DNA from: Phycisphaeraceae bacterium
GTDB taxonomy: Bacteria > Planctomycetota > Phycisphaerae > Phycisphaerales > Zrk34
Assembly: GCA_040905565.1 (NCBI GenBank)
Contig: JBBDRF010000024.1
Coordinates: 33,427 to 50,437, forward strand
Length of the DNA stretch: 17,011 bases
Reading direction: 5' to 3'
Both the position numbers and the translations under genes were made by a program. Positions 8,792 to 15,966 of this stretch are shown one piece after another; position 1 is the first letter of the stretch, and each line of letters starts with the position of its first letter. Under the pieces are notes generated by a model. It searched no databases and had not been told where the DNA came from. It was given only the letters and a program-made list of their open reading frames with translations.

Positions 8792-10108
8792 CTACGACCG
8801 AAGCAGGTTGAGCGTCGCCTGCACGAGGCGCTCGCCGCTTGCCGGGCTGGCGAAGATGGCGTTGCCCGCTTCGTAGGCCCCTTCGTCGATGGCCGCCTGC
8901 GTGACGATGTAGCCTTGCAGGTCACTGTTCGCCAGCGTGATCACGTGCACGTTGGGGTATTGGCCCATGACCTCGATCGCGAACTCGACGAAGACTTCAC
9001 CTGGCCAGCCGACGAAGGCATGCTCGCCGATCTGGATCACCTGCACCTCGGCCGGCTGACAGGCGCGGGCCGCGTCGGCGAGCCGACCCTGCTCACTGGC
9101 CTGGGCCAGGGCGAATGTCTCCTCCGCGCCGAACCAGTCACACTCAGCGGTACGCACTTCGGTGCGGTCGGCGTGGCTCTCGCGCAACTGCTTGAGCCGG
9201 TGCACCGCTTGATCCATCTGCTTGCGTGCTTCGTTCACCGGCGGAAACGACCGCAACGGCAGTTCCACCTGACGCTGCACGCATTTCACCTGCACGGGCT
9301 GAACCGGCTTGGCCTTGTCGATGACCGCCGCGATCGACTCGCTCAGCATCTGCCCCAGGCGATCGGCTTCCGCAATGGTGTTCGCGCGGGTGACGTGGCG
9401 CGGGCTCTGGTTGCCGCTGGCGCCCATGTGATACACGAACGGGCAATCCCCAAGCGTTTGACGTAGATGCTGGCGTGCGAGGCCGGGGAAGTCGCCGGAG
9501 ACCTGCGTCCAGTCTTCGTGCAGCACGGTCGGATGCATGCTCACCACCGCCATGACAGCCAGCAACGCCTCGTCCGCCGCATCGCGGGCCACCAGCACCG
9601 GCACGTCGGGAATGCTAGGCCCGGCCGGGTCGCGCCGATTCGTGCCCAATCCTGAACCGTCGGCCACCGCGTAACCCAGCCTCGCCGGGCGGGCATTGCG
9701 GCAGGCCTGCACGCCGGCTTCCACGAACCCGTCTTCCAGTTGCGCGACGTAGGTCGGGTCCGGCGCGGGCACGTGGGGATCGCCTTCGTTGCTGATCATG
9801 CTGACGGTGATCGGCCCCGAGTGCGTATGGCTGGCCGTGACCATCACGTGCTCAGCAGGCAGCCCCGCCTCGGCCGCGATCCGCTGGCGAATGCGCTGAG
9901 CCATGTCGCGCGGGATGAAGATAGCGTCACCGCCGACGAACAACGACGCCGTTTGCCCGTCGCCGACGAACATCGCCGCGGCGATCAAGGGGTCGTGCAC
10001 GCCCGTGCTGTAGCGGTCGACATGCGGATAGCCGAACAGGAACTGCGACTCTTTCGGGGTAATATCGACTTGGGCTGCGCCCACCTGCCATGCTTTGGGT
10101 GTATTCAT
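8792..10108 (-). CDS. Neutral/alkaline ceramidase-like metallo-amidohydrolase, no signal peptide
   Basis: VGAAQVDITP, GVHDPL, ASHTHSGP, HPTVL, SGDFPG, GASGNQSP, PGEVFVEF, GYI and YEA motifs of the ceramidase N-terminal domain family. ATG at 10108 is preferred over the track's TTG at 10129. Confidence 0.82.
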   Translation of the reverse strand: MNTPKAWQVGAAQVDITPKESQFLFGYPHVDRYSTGVHDPLIAAAMFVGDGQTASLFVGGDAIFIPRDMAQRIRQRIAAEAGLPAEHVMVTASHTHSGPITVSMISNEGDPHVPAPDPTYVAQLEDGFVEAGVQACRNARPARLGYAVADGSGLGTNRRDPAGPSIPDVPVLVARDAADEALLAVMAVVSMHPTVLHEDWTQVSGDFPGLARQHLRQTLGDCPFVYHMGASGNQSPRHVTRANTIAEADRLGQMLSESIAAVIDKAKPVQPVQVKCVQRQVELPLRSFPPVNEARKQMDQAVHRLKQLRESHADRTEVRTAECDWFGAEETFALAQASEQGRLADAARACQPAEVQVIQIGEHAFVGWPGEVFVEFAIEVMGQYPNVHVITLANSDLQGYIVTQAAIDEGAYEAGNAIFASPASGERLVQATLNLLRS

Positions 10109-10122
10109 TGGAGCGCCATGGG

Positions 10123-10174
10123 TTGACAAAGAAGAATGTTCAAACTAAACATATCATAACATGAATGAACAGTC
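10123..10174. promoter_or_regulatory. Divergent overlapping promoters with putative DeoR/GlpR-type operator repeats
   Basis: Plus strand TTGACA (10123-28)-17-TAAACA. Minus strand extended -10 TGtTATGAT (10161-10153). ATGTT-N7-AACAT palindrome (10136-10152). AACA at 10148, 10158 and 10168. Confidence 0.6.
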
Positions 10175-10970
10175 TCTGGCAACTTGGTCCCGCGGTGCGC
10201 GCCGCAGCCGGATTCTCGAGTTGCTCGAAAGCAGCGGCGAGCAATCGGTGGAGCAACTGGCCGACACATTTTCGGTCAGCGGGATGACCATTCGGCGGGA
10301 CCTTCAGGATCTCGCCAGCGCGGGCCGAGTGATCCGCACCCACGGCGGCGCGGCGCCGGCGGCGCGGATTTCGTTTGAGTTCCGTTTCCTCGAACGCGCG
10401 CAGCAGCATGCGGCGGAAAAGGAAGCCATCGCCGAGGTCGCCGTCAGTCTGGTGCAACCGGGGCAGTCTGTCATCCTCGATTCGGGAACCACCACGCTGG
10501 CCATCGCCCGTCGGCTCAAGACCCTCGGCCGACTCACGGTGATCACGAGTTCGTTGCCCATTGCCTCGGAACTTTTTCAGGCCGAGGGCATCGACACGAT
10601 TCTGCTCGGCGGTCAGCTTCGCCACGACGCGCCGGACCTCATCGGCCCGCTGGCGCTGCAAAATCTTGAGACGCTCCGAGCTCATGTCGCCTTTATCGGC
10701 GCGGATGCGGTCGACATGCAGGGCCGCCTCTACAACGCCTCTTCCGAACTCGGCGGGATGCTCGCCCGCATGGCTCAAGCCAGTGGGCGAGCCTATTGCG
10801 TTGCGGATCACACCAAGATCGGCAAACAGGAACTGATGCGTTTCGCTGACCTGCGCGACTGGGCGGGGCTGATCACCGATAACGGCCTCAGCACCGAACG
10901 ACGTCGCAGCCTTGTCGCCGCCGGCGTCGAGATCATGCAACCCGATGAACAAAAAGGAAACAGCCGATGA
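10161..10970 (+). CDS. DeoR/GlpR-family transcriptional regulator
   Basis: HTH VSGMTIRRDLQDL...RTHGGA, followed by sensor domain motifs EKEAIA, ILDSGTTT, VITSSL, LLGG and VADHTK. Confidence 0.95.
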   Translation: MNEQSLATWSRGARRSRILELLESSGEQSVEQLADTFSVSGMTIRRDLQDLASAGRVIRTHGGAAPAARISFEFRFLERAQQHAAEKEAIAEVAVSLVQPGQSVILDSGTTTLAIARRLKTLGRLTVITSSLPIASELFQAEGIDTILLGGQLRHDAPDLIGPLALQNLETLRAHVAFIGADAVDMQGRLYNASSELGGMLARMAQASGRAYCVADHTKIGKQELMRFADLRDWAGLITDNGLSTERRRSLVAAGVEIMQPDEQKGNSR

Positions 10971-12178
10971 CCGCCAGCTTATTGCACAACGTCCGTGCGT
11001 TACGTCCCGGTGTGGGCGTCGTCGGCTCGGCTGTTCTCGTGGAAGATGGGCGCATTGTGGCCATCGACCCGCCCGCCGACCTGTTGCCCAGCGACCTCAA
11101 CCGTGTTGACGGCGGCGGCCGCCTGTTGACGCCCGGCCTGATCGACCTCCACATACACGGCCTCGGTCTGTATCTGTTTGAGGATTCACCCGAAGCCATG
11201 CAGGCCGGTTTGGCGGAACTGCCGCGCTACGGCGTGACGCGCGTGCTGCCGACGTTGTATCGCGTGATGAACAAAGCATCGCTGCCGAAGCTCGCCAAGC
11301 TGACGGCCGCATTGAAAGATGTCACCGCCGTGCGCGTGCCGGGATTTCATCTGGAAGGTCCATTCCTCGCCTTGCCGGGTGCGGGCTCCGAAACCGTGCC
11401 GGGCGACCTGGCACTGCTCGACGCCCTGTTCGAGGCCACCGACGGCTGCATCACCGCGATGTCTGTCAGCCCCGACACGCTCGACGTCATCCCGGTGATC
11501 GAGCGTCTGGCAGAGCACGGGGTGGCGGTGTTTCTGACCCATACCCGCGCGAACGTCGAACAATCCGAGGCGGCGATCGAGGCGGGTGCCCGTCACGCGA
11601 CGCATTTTTATGACGTGTTCCCCGTGCCGGACGCAACCGAGCCAGGCGTTCGGCCGACCGGTGTGGTGGAAGCGGTGCTGGCTGACGAACGCGTCAGCGT
11701 CGATTTCATTCTCGACGGCGTGCACGTGCCCCCGGTCGCTGTGCGGGCGGCGCTGGCAGCCAAAGGGCCGCGTCGCACTGCGTTGATCACCGACGGCAAC
11801 ATTGGCGCGGGCCTGCCGGTGGGCTCCCGTCACAAGGCCTGGGAATTGGAAGTGCGTGTCGCCGAGGATGGTGCTGCCCGGATTCACGCACCGGGGACGC
11901 CGAAGCACGGGGCGTTGGCCGGCAGTGCATTGACAATGAACCGCGCGGTGAACCATGCCCGGCAGTGGCTGGGCCTGCCCGAGCAGGACGCCTGGGCCAT
12001 GGCCACGCTCGCGCCGGGGCGGCTGCTGAATGGCGAGATGATCGGCGATCTGGTAGCCGGTGCGGACGCGGACCTTGTGCTGTGGGATGAACCCGAGGGG
12101 GAGCTGGTCGCCCGGCAAACGTGGGTGGCCGGTCGCTTGGTTTACAACACCTCAGACACAATGGAAATGAGTCATTAA
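10967..12178 (+). CDS. NagA-like amidohydrolase (N-acylamino-sugar deacylase; divergent active site)
   Basis: PGLIDLHIHG, GFHLEGPF, LTHT, ATHFYD, DGVH, ITDG, LAGSALTM and GADADLV. ATGA overlap with the DeoR stop. Confidence 0.85.
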   Translation: MTASLLHNVRALRPGVGVVGSAVLVEDGRIVAIDPPADLLPSDLNRVDGGGRLLTPGLIDLHIHGLGLYLFEDSPEAMQAGLAELPRYGVTRVLPTLYRVMNKASLPKLAKLTAALKDVTAVRVPGFHLEGPFLALPGAGSETVPGDLALLDALFEATDGCITAMSVSPDTLDVIPVIERLAEHGVAVFLTHTRANVEQSEAAIEAGARHATHFYDVFPVPDATEPGVRPTGVVEAVLADERVSVDFILDGVHVPPVAVRAALAAKGPRRTALITDGNIGAGLPVGSRHKAWELEVRVAEDGAARIHAPGTPKHGALAGSALTMNRAVNHARQWLGLPEQDAWAMATLAPGRLLNGEMIGDLVAGADADLVLWDEPEGELVARQTWVAGRLVYNTSDTMEMSH

Positions 12179-12277
12179 CTTGATTGGCGGGTAGAGGCCG
12201 CCTTACCTGCCGCCAGATACGACACCGACTATCAGGCCCAATTGATAAGTGAAACCACGATAAGGAATCATGCAGAG

Positions 12278-13135
12278 ATGAACACGACAATCCCCCGATT
12301 GAACCGCCTTTTCGCCGCCGACGGCAAATGCTTTGACGTGGCGATCGACCACGGATTCTTCAATGAATTCGGCTTCCTTAACGGCATCGAAGACATGTCT
12401 GTCGCGGTGCAGACGGTGGTCGACGCCGCGCCCGACGCGATCCAACTGACGTTGGGTCAGGCTCGACACCTGCAAAGCGTTCGTGGGCCGCGCAAGCCGG
12501 CGCTCGTGCTGCGAACGGACGTGGCCAACGTGTACGGCAAGAAGCTGCCGCGTACGCTGTTCAGTCATGCCGTGGACGAAGTGGTCGAGCACGCACTGCG
12601 GTTGGATGCGGCTTGCCTGTGCGTCAACCTGTTTCAGATTCCCGATGAGCCGGAGGTGCACGAGGCGTGCGTGCGCAACATCACAAAGATGAAGCAGGCC
12701 AGCAGCCGCTATGGCATGCCGATGATGGTCGAGCCGTTGGTTTTCCAGCCGAACGAGAAGGCCGGCGGCTACATGGTCGATGGTGATCTGCAGAAGATCG
12801 CCCCGCTGGTGCGGCAGGCGGTCGAGCTTGGCGCGGACATCATCAAAGCCGACCCGACCGATGACGTGTCGGTGTATGACCAGGTGGTGCGCGTCGCTTC
12901 GGGCATTCCGGTGCTGGTGCGCGGCGGCGGCAAGGTCAGCGACGAAGAAATCCTGCGTCGCACGAGCGACCTGATGAGCAAGGGCGTGGCGGGCATTGTA
13001 TACGGCCGCAACGTCATCCAGCATGACAATCCGCGCGGCATCACGCGCGCCCTGATGGCCGTGGTGCATGAGAATGCTTCGCCGGATGAAGCTGTTAAGC
13101 TGATCGGCGCCGAGCCGGCGACGGCCTCGGCGTGA
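12278..13135 (+). CDS. Class I (Schiff-base) aldolase, DhnA/LsrF-type family
   Basis: RLNRLF, AIDHG, ELGADIIKAD (Schiff-base Lys), VLVRGGGK and GIVYGRNV. ATG at 12278 has AAGGA upstream. Confidence 0.88.
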   Translation: MNTTIPRLNRLFAADGKCFDVAIDHGFFNEFGFLNGIEDMSVAVQTVVDAAPDAIQLTLGQARHLQSVRGPRKPALVLRTDVANVYGKKLPRTLFSHAVDEVVEHALRLDAACLCVNLFQIPDEPEVHEACVRNITKMKQASSRYGMPMMVEPLVFQPNEKAGGYMVDGDLQKIAPLVRQAVELGADIIKADPTDDVSVYDQVVRVASGIPVLVRGGGKVSDEEILRRTSDLMSKGVAGIVYGRNVIQHDNPRGITRALMAVVHENASPDEAVKLIGAEPATASA

Positions 13136-13168
13136 TCACCCGGACACCCTCCAGAAAGCGAGCGCGTC

Positions 13169-14176
13169 ATGCATCGCGTGCTAGTCATCGGCACTGGGTC
13201 CATCGGCGAGCGCCACGTCCGCTGTCTTCAGCTCACCGGACGGGCCGAAGTGGGCATCTGTGAGCCCAACCGCGCGTTTCGCGAGCGTGTCGCCGAGACG
13301 TACAACATTGGCGAAGCGTTCGACAACCTGGACGCCTCGCTGGCATCCCAATGGGATAGCGCCGTCGTGGCGACACCCGCGCCGACGCACATTCCACTGG
13401 CGCGGTCTTTGGTGCAGGCGGGAATTGCACCGTTGATTGAAAAGCCGCTGGCTGTTGAGACCGATGGTGCGACAGAACTGCTCACGGATCTGGCTGCCGG
13501 GCAGTTATCCGCGGGTGTGGCTTACGTTTACCGGGCGCATCCGGCGTTAGGCGCGATGCGTGAAGCGGTGAACGCCGGCCAATTCGGCAAGCCGCTTCAG
13601 ATGGTGATCGTGGCGGGACAGAACTTCCCGACTTACCGCCCGGCCTATGCCCAGACCTATTATGCCAGCCACGCCAGCGGCGGCGGCGCGGTGCAGGATG
13701 CGCTGACGCATCTGCTCAACGCCGGCGAATGGCTGGCGGGTCCCATCACCACCGTCGCCGCCGACGCGGCGCACCTGCGCCTCGCCGACGTCGAGGTGGA
13801 AGACACGGTCCATGTGCTGGCGCGACACGGTGCGATCATGGCCAGCTATTGCCTTAACCAGCATCAGGCGCCGAACGAGTGTTCGTTGACGCTGATCTGC
13901 GAAGAAGGCACGGCCCGATTGGACCTTCACGAGCACAGTTGGCGATGGATGGACCGTCCGGACGCGGGGTGGACGCAAGGCGATTGCCGTGCGATGAAAA
14001 CCCGTGACGACTGGTTCACCGCGCAGGAGTCGGCCTGGCTGGACACCGTGGAAGGAAGCGTTCCTCCACTGTGCTCGCTGGAAGAAGGCTTGCAGACGCT
14101 GCGCGTCAATCGGGCGGTGCTTCATTCGATCGAGGCGCGGCAGTGGGTGGACTTGCCACAGGAGATCGAAGCATGA
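13169..14176 (+). CDS. Gfo/Idh/MocA-family NAD(P)-dependent oxidoreductase
   Basis: VLVIGTGSIGERH, VATPAPTH, IEKPL and SGGGAVQDALTH (D-x3-H). Confidence 0.92.
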   Translation: MHRVLVIGTGSIGERHVRCLQLTGRAEVGICEPNRAFRERVAETYNIGEAFDNLDASLASQWDSAVVATPAPTHIPLARSLVQAGIAPLIEKPLAVETDGATELLTDLAAGQLSAGVAYVYRAHPALGAMREAVNAGQFGKPLQMVIVAGQNFPTYRPAYAQTYYASHASGGGAVQDALTHLLNAGEWLAGPITTVAADAAHLRLADVEVEDTVHVLARHGAIMASYCLNQHQAPNECSLTLICEEGTARLDLHEHSWRWMDRPDAGWTQGDCRAMKTRDDWFTAQESAWLDTVEGSVPPLCSLEEGLQTLRVNRAVLHSIEARQWVDLPQEIEA

Positions 14177-14949
14177 CCGTGTTGGACTCATTCAAGCTTG
14201 AAGGCAAAGTAGCGTTGGTCACCGGGGGCGCGGGACTGTTCGGCCGACAGATCGTCATCGCGCTCGCGGAAGCCGGTGCCACCACGGTCGTCGCCAGTCG
14301 CAATGTGCAGGCCCTTGAGGATCAGGCTCAAACGTTACGAGCGACCGGGCTCAACGTCACCGCAATGGAACTGGACCAGTCCGACGAGGCGTCGGTGACA
14401 GCGTTGCGCGATCGGGTGCTTGCCGAGCAGGGGCAGGTGGACGTGCAGGTAAACAACGCGGTGATGCGCCCGATGAAAAGCTGGGACGATGGACACGACG
14501 CGTTCGCGCAGAGCATGGCGGTCAACGCCACGGGCATGTATCTGATGATACGGGCCTTTGGCGATCATATGGCTGAGCGCGGGGCGGGAAGCATCATCAA
14601 CATCGGCTCGATTCAAGGCATGGTCGGCCCTGACTTTTCACTTTATGAAGGTTTGGGACTGGACGCACCGCCGGACTACTACTTCCACAAGGGCGGCCTC
14701 GTTCAACTAACGCGCTACGCCGCATCACGTCTCGGTCCCAAGGGCGTGCGCGTCAACTGCCTCAGCCCCGGCGGGTTTTTCAACGACCAGGGACAGGAAT
14801 TCGTCGAACGCTACAACAAGCGAACGTTCCTCGGCCGCATGGCCAACGAGGAAGACCTTAAAGGGGCGATCGTCTTTCTCGCCTCCGACGCGTCGGCCTA
14901 CGTCACCGGCGCAAACCTGGCCATCGATGGCGGCTACACCGCCAAATAA
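14173..14949 (+). CDS. Short-chain dehydrogenase/reductase (PtmA-like appearance)
   Basis: TGGAGLFG, VNNA, GSIINIGS, YYFHK (YxxxK), VRVNCLSPGG and AYVTGANLAIDGG. Start at 14173 has an ATGA overlap and a GGAG RBS. Confidence 0.92.
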   Translation: MTVLDSFKLEGKVALVTGGAGLFGRQIVIALAEAGATTVVASRNVQALEDQAQTLRATGLNVTAMELDQSDEASVTALRDRVLAEQGQVDVQVNNAVMRPMKSWDDGHDAFAQSMAVNATGMYLMIRAFGDHMAERGAGSIINIGSIQGMVGPDFSLYEGLGLDAPPDYYFHKGGLVQLTRYAASRLGPKGVRVNCLSPGGFFNDQGQEFVERYNKRTFLGRMANEEDLKGAIVFLASDASAYVTGANLAIDGGYTAK

Positions 14950-14973
14950 CACCGCACGCAGAGTTCAAATCAC

Positions 14974-15966
14974 ATGAACCAGTCCGGCAACCCGGCAGTC
15001 AACGCCCCGCTCGTCGACAACCCGCAGCAGATTCGCCTTGCCATGCTCGGCATGGTCGACGGCAATGGGCATCCCTATAGCTGGAGCGCGATCATCAACG
15101 GCCGATACGACGCGGACGTGTTGGCTGACTGCGGCTATCCGGCCATTCCGCAGTACCTCGGCGCGCAGCAAAAAGCGAACCTCGGCATCGCCGGGGCGCA
15201 GGTGACGCACATCTGGTGCGATCAACGCGAAGATGCGGCGCAGGTCGCCCGCGCGACGTTCATCGATAACGTGGTTGATCGGCCGGAGGACGTGATCGGC
15301 CACGTGGATGCGGTGATCATCCCCACCGACGTCGGTGGCGAACATCTGCAACGAGCCCGCGCGTTCGTGGAAGCGGGACTGCCCGTGTTCGTCGACAAGC
15401 CTTTAACCGATCGCGAGGACGATCTTCGCCAGTTCAACGCGTGGTGGCAGGATGGCAGGCCGATCCTCTCAACCAGTTGCATGCGATATGCCACCGAATT
15501 CATTCAACTGCGCGAGCAGATGCAGCGCATTGGCGAACCAGCCCTGATCATGGGAACCATGGCCAAGAGTTGGGAACGCTACGGCATTCACGCGCTTGAA
15601 TCGGTCTACGGCCTGCTCCCGCCGGGCGGGTGGATTCGCGTGACCAACACCGGCGATACGGATCGCAATATCGTCCACCTCACGCACGACGCGGGCGTGG
15701 ATGTCGTGCTCGCGGTGGGCAAAGCCCTCACGGGCGGCTTCGGCCACGTCACCGTGACCGGCACGAAAGACACCGTGCGCGCCAGTTTTACCGACACGTT
15801 TACCGCTTTCAAAACGCAACTGGTGACTTTTGTAGAATACTTGCGTTCCGGTGCGATGCCGTTTCCGCCCGCCGAAACGATTGAGCAGATGAAGATCATC
15901 ATCGCCGGCCTGCGTAGTCGTGAGCAACACGGCCGTACGGTCGACCTTTCGGAGATTCAGGTATGA
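14974..15966 (+). CDS. Atypical Gfo/Idh/MocA-family oxidoreductase
   Basis: Rossmann-like start RLAMLGMVDGNGHPYSW, VDAVIIPTD..GEH, PVFVDKPL, SCMRYA and WERYGIHALE. Confidence 0.82.
   Translation: MNQSGNPAVNAPLVDNPQQIRLAMLGMVDGNGHPYSWSAIINGRYDADVLADCGYPAIPQYLGAQQKANLGIAGAQVTHIWCDQREDAAQVARATFIDNVVDRPEDVIGHVDAVIIPTDVGGEHLQRARAFVEAGLPVFVDKPLTDREDDLRQFNAWWQDGRPILSTSCMRYATEFIQLREQMQRIGEPALIMGTMAKSWERYGIHALESVYGLLPPGGWIRVTNTGDTDRNIVHLTHDAGVDVVLAVGKALTGGFGHVTVTGTKDTVRASFTDTFTAFKTQLVTFVEYLRSGAMPFPPAETIEQMKIIIAGLRSREQHGRTVDLSEIQV

Noticed and set aside
10967..13135. Assigning gene symbols nagA and fbaB/lsrF
   Set aside because: Active-site motifs deviate and the expected partners (nagB, kinases, lsrK/lsrG) are absent, so only family-level calls are supported.
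14071..14172. N-terminal extension of the SDR in the ORF track (similarly the longer starts at 3719, 10129 and 12242)
   Set aside because: Downstream ATGs fit better through RBS, ATGA coupling or family N-terminus; the SDR extension overlaps the upstream gene and the 10129 start overlaps the promoter.
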